NCBI GenBank assembly: GCA_030950925.1
Contig: JAUZQO010000022.1
Span: forward strand, 1,851-65,850
Reading direction: 5' to 3'
Length of the DNA stretch: 64,000 bases
Source: Mariprofundaceae bacterium
GTDB taxonomy: Bacteria; Pseudomonadota; Zetaproteobacteria; Mariprofundales; Mariprofundaceae
Shown: one piece after another, positions 9,919 to 19,956 of the stretch
How the letters are laid out: each line of letters starts with the position of its first letter
How positions within the stretch are numbered: position 1 is the stretch's first letter
Notes under the pieces: model-generated
Seen by the model: the letters and a program-made list of their open reading frames with translations, nothing else
Databases searched by the model: none
Told to the model about the DNA's origin: nothing
Translations under genes and position numbers: made by a program

Positions 9919-10042
9919 AGGTTTTCTCTCTTATTTTTTAATGATGGGTTAGAAAATTGGTATTGGATTTGCTTACTCCATGCATATTGGCAGTGATTCA
10001 CCGTTTATCGGTGCTATCTCATTCATTAAAAGGGGAGTTCGC

Positions 10043-12286
10043 ATGAAAATATTGAATCTCAAACAACTTAGCATCATGCAACGCATGCTGGTGTTGGGCA
10101 GTATGGCAATGTTGGGGCTATTGGCATCAGGCATTGCGCATGAAGTCATGGTGAATAAGTTACAAGTGGTGTCCAAGCAAGAGTTCAAAGCAGGAAAGAT
10201 GATGGAAATGTTGGATGGTTTATCTGCCACTATCCCTGAAGAATACCATGCTTTGCAAGCTTTTTTATATCTGTCGGATAAAAAAGAAGAAGTGAATTAT
10301 CAAAGTTTATCCAAAAACAATGATGAAGAGATTGAGCATTTAGCCAATGCTCTTCCAACACAAGATTTGAAAGATACATCCGACAAATTATCGGAAGCCA
10401 TGCGACACTTTGATTCAGAAGCACGTTTGATGCTTGAAATGCGTGAGAAGTTGGGTTTGACTGAAAAGTTGGGCTTGCGTGGCGCATTGCGTGATTCCGT
10501 TCACCGTGCAGAACATCGCATTAAGTCATTAAAACAGGATGATTTGATGGTATCCATGTTGATGCTTCGTCGACATGAAAAAGATTTTATGTTGCGGCAC
10601 AACCCCAAATATTTGATGCAACAAAAAAATGAAATGGAACATTTTTCTCAGCTCTTGGAAAATAGCAATATCAATGTGCGTGATAAAAAAGAGATTGCTA
10701 AGGCGATGGATACATACTTGGAAGATTTCCTTGCTTATGCCGAACTGGATTTGGAGTTGTTAAAACGTAATCAAGAAGTGAAACGTATCTATCAAAATGA
10801 GCTTCTAGCAGGTCTTGAAAGTATTGATCATATGTTTGGTCAGGAAATTGATGATGTGGATGCCGAATACAATGAAATTATGGAAACCATGCCTGTTTAC
10901 TATTGGTCGCTGATGTTGGTGGTGTTGGTGATTACCCTGATCTTGTTGTTGATAGTGGCGCGTAGTGTTGCCAGACCGATTCGTGAAGTATCCGAAGCCA
11001 TGGATGCCTTGGAACGCGGTATTGTGGTTCCTGTGTCCTCTGAGCAAGGTGGCGAGATTGGTGAAATGGTGGAATCCTTGGGTATTTTTCAAGAGCAATC
11101 CAAAGAGGCAGAGCAATTGAAACGTGTTGTAGAAGCCAGTCCACAAGCTACGATGATTGCCAATCGTCATACCTTGGTGGTGAACTATATGAACCCTGCG
11201 GCATTGCAGTTATTTCGTGGTATTCAATCGGAATTACCTTGTACAGCCGATCAAATTGTTGGGCAGTGTATTGATATTTTTCATAAAAACCCTGCACATC
11301 AACGAAACTTTTTGGCCAGTAAAGGCAATTTACCTGCGACCGCAGGCTTCACGATTGCAAAGCGTAATATTAAGTTTTCTTCCTTTGCCATTGATAACCA
11401 GCAGGGGGATTGGGAATCTATCATGGTCTCATGGAGTGATGTGACTGAAAGTGATGAATTGGCACGTAATTTTGAAGAAAATATTGGTGCGATGGTGGAA
11501 GATCTGATTGCTGCATCCACACAAATGGAAGCTGCCAGTGAGGGTATGAGCAGTATGGCAGAAGAGGCGACGCATCAAGCAGGCAGTGTCTCCACCAGTG
11601 CCATGGAAGCCAATGAAAATGTGATGACTGTAGCATCGGCCGCCGAGGAATTGACGGCATCGATTGCTGAAATTACACGCCAAGTGCAAGAAGCGGTGGC
11701 AATATCGGATCAAGCAGTGGAAGAGGCTGTAAGTACCAATGAAAATGTGTCCAAGCTTTCCAGTGTATCGCAAGAAATTGGTGAAGTGGTTCGGGTGATT
11801 ACCGATATTGCTGAACAAACCAATCTTTTGGCACTCAATGCGAGCATTGAAGCGGCACGAGCAGGTGATGCTGGGCGTGGATTTGCGGTGGTGGCTGGTG
11901 AAGTTAAAGAGCTTGCTAATCAAACTGCGCAAGCAACGGAACGGATTGCAGGTCAAATTTCTGCAATTCAAACAGAAAGTGATGGGGCTGCAAAAGCCAT
12001 TGGGCATATTGCAGATACCATCAAACGTATGAATGAAATCAACCGAGCGATTTCATCGGCAACCGAAGAACAAAATGATGCAACCCGTGAAATTGCACAG
12101 AGTGTGCAATATGCATCGGATGCAACCCATCGGGTGACGGAAGCGATTGAGCAAGTCACCAGTGCATCAGCTGAAACGGGTAATGCAGCAGGTAATGTAT
12201 TGGCGGTATCAGGCAGCATACGTTCTCAGGGTGAAAGCTTGCATACGCAGGTTCTGGATTTTTTAGCCTCCTTGCGGCGCCATTAA
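10043..12286 (+). CDS. Methyl-accepting chemotaxis protein with TM, HAMP and a cytoplasmic PAS-like insert
   Basis: ATG 10043 follows GGGGAG. A second TM ([21 protein letters not shown]) is followed by a HAMP-like [20 protein letters not shown], a PAS-like segment ([19 protein letters not shown]...) and the signalling hairpin [40 protein letters not shown]. Confidence 0.9.
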   Translation: MKILNLKQLSIMQRMLVLGSMAMLGLLASGIAHEVMVNKLQVVSKQEFKAGKMMEMLDGLSATIPEEYHALQAFLYLSDKKEEVNYQSLSKNNDEEIEHLANALPTQDLKDTSDKLSEAMRHFDSEARLMLEMREKLGLTEKLGLRGALRDSVHRAEHRIKSLKQDDLMVSMLMLRRHEKDFMLRHNPKYLMQQKNEMEHFSQLLENSNINVRDKKEIAKAMDTYLEDFLAYAELDLELLKRNQEVKRIYQNELLAGLESIDHMFGQEIDDVDAEYNEIMETMPVYYWSLMLVVLVITLILLLIVARSVARPIREVSEAMDALERGIVVPVSSEQGGEIGEMVESLGIFQEQSKEAEQLKRVVEASPQATMIANRHTLVVNYMNPAALQLFRGIQSELPCTADQIVGQCIDIFHKNPAHQRNFLASKGNLPATAGFTIAKRNIKFSSFAIDNQQGDWESIMVSWSDVTESDELARNFEENIGAMVEDLIAASTQMEAASEGMSSMAEEATHQAGSVSTSAMEANENVMTVASAAEELTASIAEITRQVQEAVAISDQAVEEAVSTNENVSKLSSVSQEIGEVVRVITDIAEQTNLLALNASIEAARAGDAGRGFAVVAGEVKELANQTAQATERIAGQISAIQTESDGAAKAIGHIADTIKRMNEINRAISSATEEQNDATREIAQSVQYASDATHRVTEAIEQVTSASAETGNAAGNVLAVSGSIRSQGESLHTQVLDFLASLRRH

Positions 12287-12525
12287 AGCACTTAGCCGTT
12301 CCTTCAAGGCTTGAGCCGTCTCCAAATCAAAGCGTTCAGTTGAACCATATTCACGACGTTAAGACAAAGGAGGCGGCGCAAACTCAGGAATTGAGTGGCG
12401 TCGCACAGGTTTCAAAGCATGAATTAGCACCCTCATCCATCCGTGTTCCAAGTAAGACAACTGTTTTATCACGGGCTTCTTATGCTATAAAAATCTGCCG
12501 TTCTTTTGCTTCGAAGGTGATACGT

Positions 12526-15500
12526 ATGGCCGATAAATCGATCCTGACGGGCAAAGTAATGCCCACCAAAGGTGAACATGATACGGCGACTTTGGATGGC
12601 TCAGATGATATTGATAAATCCAGTTGGAAAAGCTATTTATCAGGGGGGCATTCACGCCGTGAGTGGTTGCTGTTGGGTGAACGTGTGTTTTCACATCCCC
12701 GTTATGCCATCCTTATCGTGGCGGCATTGGGTTTGTGCATGTTTGAACGATATTGGTTTGTGTTGGCACCCTTGGCGTTGTTCTTTGCGGGGGAGTGGAT
12801 GTTGCGTTTTTGGTTGCAAAAGGAAAATCGTTTCCGTAATCGCACTGAGTTTATTTTTCTTATATTGGATGGTTTGGCAACACTGAGTTTGTTTTCGGCT
12901 TTGTTTATGCCAGCGGATATATTGGATCAGGCGGTTTACTTGCGTATCGCACGGCTATTTCGTGGCATGTATATGCTGCGCATGTTACGGATCTTTGCTT
13001 TCCTCACCTTTGATACCTTTATTTATTCATTGCCGTTTGCTTTGTTGGTCATCGGTATGGCGTGCTTGGCGATTGCTGTGCCATCCATTTCGCTTTACAT
13101 GGGTGTGTTACTAATATTAGAGGCTGCATGCCGTGCCTATTCAATATGGAAGGTGTTACCCAAGGGTGGACGTAGAAACACTGAATTTGGCTTTGTGTTG
13201 CTTGATGGTGTATCGAGTGTGGTTTTGTTGGGTTTGGTGCCTGAATTTTCACCTTATTGGGTTGCGATTCGTGCCATTCGTTTTTTGGTGATGCTGAACC
13301 CTTTGGGTAATATTTCTTTGGCTGCGAAACGTGTGGCAGCGATGCAAGAAGTACGCAGCGAAACCAGCATGTTGGCAGGCATGATGGTGGCCATGATGAT
13401 GATGGGCGGTTTATCGGTGGTTTATCTTTATCCGCAAATGGACATCAATGACGATGGCGTGACCAATGCACAAGATTATGTGCCAGTGCAAGTGGTATTG
13501 TATGTGTTTCGTTTGATGGTGGATCCAGGGGCTGCCACCACCGAAGCTTTTTCACCTTGGTTGCTTGGTTTAACGGTGTTGTTGGTGCTTTCGGGTGTGT
13601 TTTTCTTCGCTTTGGTGGTCAGTTTGGGTTCGAATGTGATGCATTACATGTTACGAGAATTAAGCAATAGCCCTCTTTCTGCGCGTGAATACTTGGTGAT
13701 TGTAGGCTGGAATGAACAATCCTATGCAGTGTTAAAACGCTTGGATGCGATGTTTTCACGCATGCGGCAACGCTTTGCTGCGGTATGGATTTTTCATGAT
13801 AAGGGGGTTTCTGGTGCATCCACGGTGGGTAGTTGGTTGAGTGTGCGTGAGGTGGATCCAGGAAGTCGGAACTTAGCCGAACATTTTAAGCTTTCAGGCG
13901 TGCAACACATGATTATTTTTCGTCGAAAACAAGATATACACTTGGTAGATACCCATCATTTGGTGCGCAATTTTGGTGTGCCTGTGGTGTTGGTGTCGGA
14001 AGCAATCATGCCCAATAAATTGCATCATATGTATGCAGATTCGATGGGCATGAAAATTTTGGATTCATCATCGATCACTGCGCGCATGCTTTATCAAATG
14101 CATCATTGCGCTTGGATGCCTGAGTTGGGTATTCGTTTGTTGGATGCTGTGGCAGGGGAAACGGGTCTTTATACCCTTGCTTGGGCGTTTGATGTCGAAG
14201 TCGGGCAAGGCAAACCATGGTTGCTGATGGGGGATAAAAGACAAGCCTTGGGTGTGTGGCTGACGTATTGTTTTAGCCAAGGTGTCAATCTTTTGGCTGG
14301 TCGGCGGGAAGATGGTTCGTTTGTGTTGTTCAGTGATTTGGCACATGGAAAAGTGGGTGGTCATTTTGTTGATGTAGTGGGCTTGGGGGGTGATACTTTA
14401 TTGTGGTCGGGTATTTTGGAAACAAATTTACAGCAAGAGAATGTGTCACAAAAAGAACACGCACTCAAACAATTCGTATGGCCTGAAACATGGGATTTAT
14501 CCATGTTGTTTATGGGCTGGCATGCAGGGTTGCCTGCGATGATTGAAGAAATGGCATTGAAACATCATAAACTCACCTTGCATCTATTTAGTACCCGTGA
14601 TGCCGATGAACTTGCCGAACAATTACGCCGTTTAAAAGGTGCCTGTGCGCGTGCAAAAGAAGCGTGTAGCTGTGAGTTAAAAGTGTCGGTGCATCCATGG
14701 GATGGTTTGGATTCAGAAGGCTGGGTGGGATTATTGCGCGGCTGTAAGGTGATGATGTTTTATCCCGAAGAACGTGAGGGTGATAGTGAGGATTCGTTGT
14801 TGGAACTGTGGTTCCATGAAGTGGCGCGTTTATTAAGCGAACGCAAACAAAATGTGAAATGGTGGACACCGCCCAAACTGATGGTGTTGCCAAGAAGTGG
14901 GGGCAATGTTGCCAGTTTTGAAATGGCTGGCATGGATTATCCCCTATTGGAAGTAGATGTGGGTTCTCCCGATGCTTTTCATGATACATTTATGGCAAGG
15001 CAGTTGCTTACTCAAACAAGACAACACCTTTATCCCGAAGCATCCACACAAGATGAAAAGAGTTATGCCTTTGTGGATGCAATGTTGGGCGATGCGGTGT
15101 TGGTGGAAGATGTACTCACCACACGTTTGGTGGAAGTCTCGGCGGGCATGGATTGGGTGCCGATTTATCAAGAATCTTTGGCGCGTGGCTGGATGTTGAT
15201 GGCGTATGTGATGCCTGAGTTGGATGCAGATGGACAGACCATGTTTGGTCTTTTAGATCGAAGCTTTCCGCAGCCACAGGATGAAACGGGCAGTCGTATG
15301 CATTTGTTGGCGGGTTCACCTGTGCTGGAGATGGATGTGCCTATACATACCATGAATTTATTGTTTTGTCGGCGTGGAGTGTTGGATGTGTCATTGGATG
15401 ACAACAAGGATGTCAGTGAAGATATTGTAGTTGCAGTAAAAACAGAACCAAAGATGGAAGCTGTGACAAAAATAGCAACCGTGGTTGAAGAAGTGGTAGA

Positions 15501-15930
15501 TGAACAGTCTGATAGAGAAGTTGTGCGTGAAGAAAACGAGTTGGTAGTGCCAGAAGAGGTGAAAGAAGGGGAGATTATGAATAATTCAGTATGGCCACAA
15601 ACGGCAGATAAACGTTTGTTACAAGTTTTGAAGAAACAAGTGCAAGGCTCCTTGGAACTGCTATCTGAAAGTAGTGAGGATGGTTTGATTAAGCTGACTG
15701 AAATTTTGGACATGGGTGTTTCTGATGCGGTGGAAGAAGCGATTATGGCAGCGCTGACCGATTTACAAAATATTGATCGTGTCTCGCAACGTCTCACCAA
15801 TGTTCAAACTTGTTTGGATGACTGGTCGATGCATGTTGGTGATGCCAGTCAAGCGGCATTATGGGAAGAAGAAGTGGCGAAGCGTTATGTCATGGAAGAA
15901 GAACGCATGGTATTGAAGGGGGAATTATGA
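12526..15930 (+). CDS. Large multidomain membrane protein of unknown function. Its parts are two voltage-sensor-like 4-TM modules, a pore-like segment, two RCK-like (CASTOR/POLLUX-type GW) domains, an acidic linker and a helical C-terminal domain with a D-x3-Q motif
   Basis: ATG 12526 is preceded by GAAGGTGA. Internal duplication: RNRTEFIFLILDGLATLSL...LRIARLFRGMYMLRMLRIF and RRNTEFGFVLLDGVSSVVLL...VAIRAIRFLVML (Arg every third residue). Other elements are VLYVFRLMVDPGAATTEAF between two TM helices, YLVIVGWNEQSYAVLKRL, LSMLFMGWHAGLPAMIEEM and the C-terminal IMAALTDLQNIDRVSQRL. The stop overlaps the cheY ATG. That it is a real CDS is near-certain; the domain interpretation is inference. Confidence 0.6.
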   Translation: MADKSILTGKVMPTKGEHDTATLDGSDDIDKSSWKSYLSGGHSRREWLLLGERVFSHPRYAILIVAALGLCMFERYWFVLAPLALFFAGEWMLRFWLQKENRFRNRTEFIFLILDGLATLSLFSALFMPADILDQAVYLRIARLFRGMYMLRMLRIFAFLTFDTFIYSLPFALLVIGMACLAIAVPSISLYMGVLLILEAACRAYSIWKVLPKGGRRNTEFGFVLLDGVSSVVLLGLVPEFSPYWVAIRAIRFLVMLNPLGNISLAAKRVAAMQEVRSETSMLAGMMVAMMMMGGLSVVYLYPQMDINDDGVTNAQDYVPVQVVLYVFRLMVDPGAATTEAFSPWLLGLTVLLVLSGVFFFALVVSLGSNVMHYMLRELSNSPLSAREYLVIVGWNEQSYAVLKRLDAMFSRMRQRFAAVWIFHDKGVSGASTVGSWLSVREVDPGSRNLAEHFKLSGVQHMIIFRRKQDIHLVDTHHLVRNFGVPVVLVSEAIMPNKLHHMYADSMGMKILDSSSITARMLYQMHHCAWMPELGIRLLDAVAGETGLYTLAWAFDVEVGQGKPWLLMGDKRQALGVWLTYCFSQGVNLLAGRREDGSFVLFSDLAHGKVGGHFVDVVGLGGDTLLWSGILETNLQQENVSQKEHALKQFVWPETWDLSMLFMGWHAGLPAMIEEMALKHHKLTLHLFSTRDADELAEQLRRLKGACARAKEACSCELKVSVHPWDGLDSEGWVGLLRGCKVMMFYPEEREGDSEDSLLELWFHEVARLLSERKQNVKWWTPPKLMVLPRSGGNVASFEMAGMDYPLLEVDVGSPDAFHDTFMARQLLTQTRQHLYPEASTQDEKSYAFVDAMLGDAVLVEDVLTTRLVEVSAGMDWVPIYQESLARGWMLMAYVMPELDADGQTMFGLLDRSFPQPQDETGSRMHLLAGSPVLEMDVPIHTMNLLFCRRGVLDVSLDDNKDVSEDIVVAVKTEPKMEAVTKIATVVEEVVDEQSDREVVREENELVVPEEVKEGEIMNNSVWPQTADKRLLQVLKKQVQGSLELLSESSEDGLIKLTEILDMGVSDAVEEAIMAALTDLQNIDRVSQRLTNVQTCLDDWSMHVGDASQAALWEEEVAKRYVMEEERMVLKGEL

Positions 15931-16304
15931 CAGGACCTAGAATTTTGATTGTTGAAGATTCGACCATGGTGCGGATTACTGTGAAGCGTACTTTAAAGAA
16001 AGTTGATTTTAATGTGGATGAAGCCAAAGATGGTCAAATTGGTTTGGATAAAGCGACAGCCTCAGCAGATAACCCTTATGATTTGATACTAACAGATTTG
16101 AATATGCCCAATATGGATGGGCTAACCATGATTCAAAATATCCGAAAAATACCCAGTTATGCTCATACACCGATTGTGATGCTCACCACCGAGTCGGGTG
16201 AAGATAAAAAAAGTGTCGGGCATGAATCAGGGGTTTCAGCATGGCTAGTGAAACCCTTTGAACCTGATGCATTGATTGAAGTTGTTGGCGGGATGTTGTT
16301 TTAG
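15927..16304 (+). CDS. cheY: CheY-like single-domain response regulator
   Basis: ILIVEDSTMVR...DLILTDLNMPNMDG...IVMLTTE...WLVKPF has all receiver signature residues. ATG 15927 overlaps the upstream TGA (ATGA). Confidence 0.9.
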   Translation: MTGPRILIVEDSTMVRITVKRTLKKVDFNVDEAKDGQIGLDKATASADNPYDLILTDLNMPNMDGLTMIQNIRKIPSYAHTPIVMLTTESGEDKKSVGHESGVSAWLVKPFEPDALIEVVGGMLF

Positions 16305-16480
16305 AAAAGGTCATCATGTCTGGGTGTTTTTTATTGGATTCTTGCGAAAAAAGAGTGTCATCCCCGAATGCTTGTACCGGGGGTCTATAGGTAAGAAAGA
16401 TTCCCGATAGAATATTTTTGGGAATGATGGTTGGGCAAATATGGGATAATGAAAAAGACGATAAAATAGGAGCAAGGGCA

Positions 16481-19417
16481 ATGGATGAAGAGCTACTGAG
16501 TGAGTTTTTAACAGAAAGTAATGAGAATTTAGCATCCATTGAACAACAATTGATGGATTTGGAAATGCACCCCAGTAACGTGGACTTGTTGGATGGTATT
16601 TTCCGAGCGGTGCATACTGTTAAAGGCAGTTGTGGCTTTTTGGGCTTGGTGGGCTTGCAAAAAACAGCCCATGCAGGTGAAAACCTATTGGGGAAAATCC
16701 GTGCTACAAAATATTTGGTCAATGATGAAGTGGTGTCTTTACTACTTGAGTGTACCGATGGTATCAAAGCCTTGTTGGAAGGTTTGGAAGCTGAAGGTGC
16801 TGAGCCAGATTTGGATCACAGTGATTTGATTGAACGTTTGCATATCGCAGAACGTATGGTGGAAGATTTTTCAACATCGGCTAAACACAAGGCTTCAGAA
16901 GAGCTTGAGGAAGCAGTGCAAAACCTTGATTGGTTGGGTGAGTTTGATCCGCTGGTGTTGACGACCTTAAAGGGTGCGAAATTGTTCACAGCGCAAGATA
17001 TGATAGATGCTGGTTTTGCCCGTTTGCGAGAGACGGATGGTTTAACCCCTGCGGATGCTTTGAAGATTTTAGGGGTGGCTAAAAAAACATTAAAAGCAGC
17101 ACCCATGGTCGTCAAGCATGTGGCGAAGTCTGAATCAAAAAACAATGTTGAAGATCATCCTAAAAATATAGGGGAAGAGGACTGTAAGCCCCCAAGTAAG
17201 AAGGGAAAATTGGTATCAGCTTCGCCCCAAACTGCTGACAAATCTGCCGCAAAATCTCAAACGCCCAAAGCGACAAATACACCGGTGAAAGCCGTGCCTA
17301 AAACTGGTAGCAAGCAACAACGTTCGAAAAGTGCCGGCAGTATTCGTGTTGATATTGAACTGTTGGATAGTTTGATGAACCAAGTGGGTGAATTGGTGCT
17401 GACGCGGAATCGTTTGATGCAGATGATGATGAGCTCTGGCAATATGGCATATGTGCGTGTGAGTCGGGATGTGGATCATATCACCGAACAATTGCAGGCA
17501 CAGCTATTGCGCACCCGTATGCAACCCATTCAAAGTGTCTGGAGCAGTATTCCGCGTATTGTTCGAGATATGGGCAAGCAATTGGATAAGAAAATTACTG
17601 TCATTATGGAAGGCGAAGAAACAGAGCTAGATCGCACTATTCTCAATGCGCTGAAAGATCCTTTGACGCATATTATTCGAAACAGTTGTGACCACGGCAT
17701 TGAAATGCCTGATGAAAGGCGGAATGCTTCAAAACCAGTTGAAGGCACATTGAAACTATCGGCTTCGCAAGAATCAGGATTTATTGTCATTTTGATTGAA
17801 GATGATGGGGCTGGTATTGATGCCTCGCGTGTGAAAAGTAAAGCGGTGTCGATGGGGGTTCTGACAGAAGATCAAGCTGCGATTATCAGTGATAAAGCTG
17901 TCTTGCAGTTGATTTTTCATGCGGGTTTATCCACAGCGGAACAAGTGAGTAATTTATCTGGACGTGGTGTTGGCATGGATGTGGTGCGCACAGAGATTGA
18001 AAAAGTGGGTGGTTCAGTGGATATCAGCAGTGAACGCGGCGTGGGTACAACGTTACGCATTCGTATTCCACTGACCTTGGCGATTATTTCAGCCATGATT
18101 ATAGGCTGTGATGGTCATCGTTTTGCCATTCCTCAAATGAGTGTACGCGAACTATTGAATGCACCTGCTGATTCCAGTGAATGGCGTTTGATTGGTGGGC
18201 AACCATTTTATCGTTTGCGGGGTAAACTCTTGCCCGTGATGCGTTTGAAGGAAGTGTTGGAATTTAAACAGAATGTGGACAATGAAGGCTCGATTGTGGT
18301 GGTGGATATTGGTGATCGCACCTATGGCGTGTTGGTGGATGAAATTTTTGGTGCTGAAGAAATTGTGGTCAAACCTTTGGGTATCCATTTCCAACAAACA
18401 CGTTTTTATGGTGGGTGTAGTATTTTGGGTGATGGTGTGGTGATTCCTATTTTTGACTGCAATGAATTGGCATCTTTGATGAAATTATCACAAGAAGCTG
18501 AGGCTATTCAACATTTGGAAGAGGAAAAAGAAGTCTCTATGCACGAGCTACAGCACACCTTGGTATTTGCTGAGGGTGGGCAACGTTTTGCGATTCCCAT
18601 GGCATTGATCGAACGCTTGGAATGCTTTCCTGAAAAGAAAATTGAACATTCTGGAAGTTCTGAAGTACTTCAATACCGTGATGATGTGATTGCTGTACTG
18701 CGTTGGAGTGCTTTGATTGGTGGGCATCGAGATATTTCCCCCGATGATAGTGTCTATGGTCTTATTTTATCTGATGGTTATAAATGCTTGTGTCTGCAAG
18801 TGGAAGAAGTCGTGGATATTTTAGAAATACCTTTGGATATAAAAATGACATCAGACAATCCTTTGTTTTTAGGCACGTCGGTGATTGAAGATCTTGCCAC
18901 TGAAGTGGTGGATGTATTTGAAGTGGTAAAACAAGTGGATCCCAATTGGTTTTCACGCAATAAGAGTGTGGCATCCACTGAAGAGTTTGCAGTACCGACT
19001 ATTTTATTCGTTGAAGATGCTACTTTTTTTAGAAACTTGGTTATACCTGTCTTGGATACATTGGGTTATGAGACTTGGGTGGCGAAAGATGGTTTAGAAG
19101 CTTGCGCGATTTTGGAAGATAAAATCCCCGACTTGATTCTCACCGATTTAGAAATGCCGAATATGGATGGTTATGGCTTGTTGGATTGGGTGAAAGATCG
19201 TCCAGAGTTGTCGGCTGTGCCTGTGGTGGCGTTAACGGCAACACCCATTGATGAAATACCTGTTGAATCCCAGAAAAAGTTTCGTGATGTGATGATTAAA
19301 TTTGATCGGCAAACATTGACCGAAGGTTTGAAGCTTATCATGGATGATATACAAAATAAGAAGCCATTCAGTGTGGAAGGTGAATTGATTTCTAGCACTG
19401 TGACACAAGGAGATTGA
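16481..19417 (+). CDS. cheA: Hybrid chemotaxis histidine kinase CheA (Hpt, basic linker, dimerisation/HATPase, two CheW-like domains, C-terminal receiver)
   Basis: Hpt AVHTVKGSCGFLG, N box NSCDHGIE, G1 EDDGAGID and G2 SGRGVGMD. Two CheW-like modules (HRFAIPQMSVREL... and QRFAIPMALIERL...) are followed by ILFVEDATFFRN...DLILTDLEMPNMDG. ATG 16481 follows AGGAG. Confidence 0.9.
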   Translation: MDEELLSEFLTESNENLASIEQQLMDLEMHPSNVDLLDGIFRAVHTVKGSCGFLGLVGLQKTAHAGENLLGKIRATKYLVNDEVVSLLLECTDGIKALLEGLEAEGAEPDLDHSDLIERLHIAERMVEDFSTSAKHKASEELEEAVQNLDWLGEFDPLVLTTLKGAKLFTAQDMIDAGFARLRETDGLTPADALKILGVAKKTLKAAPMVVKHVAKSESKNNVEDHPKNIGEEDCKPPSKKGKLVSASPQTADKSAAKSQTPKATNTPVKAVPKTGSKQQRSKSAGSIRVDIELLDSLMNQVGELVLTRNRLMQMMMSSGNMAYVRVSRDVDHITEQLQAQLLRTRMQPIQSVWSSIPRIVRDMGKQLDKKITVIMEGEETELDRTILNALKDPLTHIIRNSCDHGIEMPDERRNASKPVEGTLKLSASQESGFIVILIEDDGAGIDASRVKSKAVSMGVLTEDQAAIISDKAVLQLIFHAGLSTAEQVSNLSGRGVGMDVVRTEIEKVGGSVDISSERGVGTTLRIRIPLTLAIISAMIIGCDGHRFAIPQMSVRELLNAPADSSEWRLIGGQPFYRLRGKLLPVMRLKEVLEFKQNVDNEGSIVVVDIGDRTYGVLVDEIFGAEEIVVKPLGIHFQQTRFYGGCSILGDGVVIPIFDCNELASLMKLSQEAEAIQHLEEEKEVSMHELQHTLVFAEGGQRFAIPMALIERLECFPEKKIEHSGSSEVLQYRDDVIAVLRWSALIGGHRDISPDDSVYGLILSDGYKCLCLQVEEVVDILEIPLDIKMTSDNPLFLGTSVIEDLATEVVDVFEVVKQVDPNWFSRNKSVASTEEFAVPTILFVEDATFFRNLVIPVLDTLGYETWVAKDGLEACAILEDKIPDLILTDLEMPNMDGYGLLDWVKDRPELSAVPVVALTATPIDEIPVESQKKFRDVMIKFDRQTLTEGLKLIMDDIQNKKPFSVEGELISSTVTQGD

Positions 19418-19418
19418 T

Positions 19419-19928
19419 ATGAATGCTTTGGTTCATGTGAGCAATAAACTTGCGCGTTCAGATTTGGAATTGTTGACCTGCCGTGTGGGAGATCAATGGA
19501 TAGGTTTACATGTGAAGCAAGTCCGTGAGGTGGTGACTGGGCATAGGAGAACGGTGATGCCATTGGCTCCCAGTGCCGTGATGGGCTTGATTAACTTGCG
19601 AGGTCGGGTACTGACTGAATTGGACGTGCGTAAAGTTGTGGGCTTGCCTGAACGTGAAGCTGGTGCCTCGTTTCATGTGGCCATTATTGAAGGTAGTTCA
19701 GGTGAAGATTTTGGCTTGGCTGTGGATGATGTGGGTGAAGTGATGTTGATGGATCGAGATTACTATGAACCGACACCGAGTTCGCTGGCATCTATTTGGC
19801 GGCAGGTGAGTGAAGGGGTGTTAAAGCAAGATGATCGCGTGTTGGTGTTGATGAATGTGGATCGTTTTATTGCTTTGACGATTCCTAGTTTGGAGGCGCA
19901 AGTACCTGATTCCGCCGTGGTACATTAA
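19419..19928 (+). CDS. cheW: CheW coupling protein
   Basis: 169 aa. ELLTCRVGDQWIGLHVKQVREVV...PLAPSAVMGLINLRGRVLTELDV is the typical CheW core. It starts 1 nt after the cheA stop. Confidence 0.9.
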   Translation: MNALVHVSNKLARSDLELLTCRVGDQWIGLHVKQVREVVTGHRRTVMPLAPSAVMGLINLRGRVLTELDVRKVVGLPEREAGASFHVAIIEGSSGEDFGLAVDDVGEVMLMDRDYYEPTPSSLASIWRQVSEGVLKQDDRVLVLMNVDRFIALTIPSLEAQVPDSAVVH

Positions 19929-19956
19929 TGTTTTCGATATATCATAGGTCAGGCTT

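Noticed and set aside
12340-12525. TTG-initiated 62-codon N-terminal extension of the giant che-operon ORF
   Set aside because: There is no SD before TTG 12340 and the extension has no TM or motif content. ATG 12526 has a GAAGGTGA SD at ideal spacing. The 240-nt leader remains unexplained but is not convincingly coding.
15168-15800. 210-aa minus-strand ORF (S/T-rich)
   Set aside because: It is antisense to the acidic linker of the giant ORF. GAA/GAT-rich coding DNA gives stop-free S/T/F-rich antisense frames.
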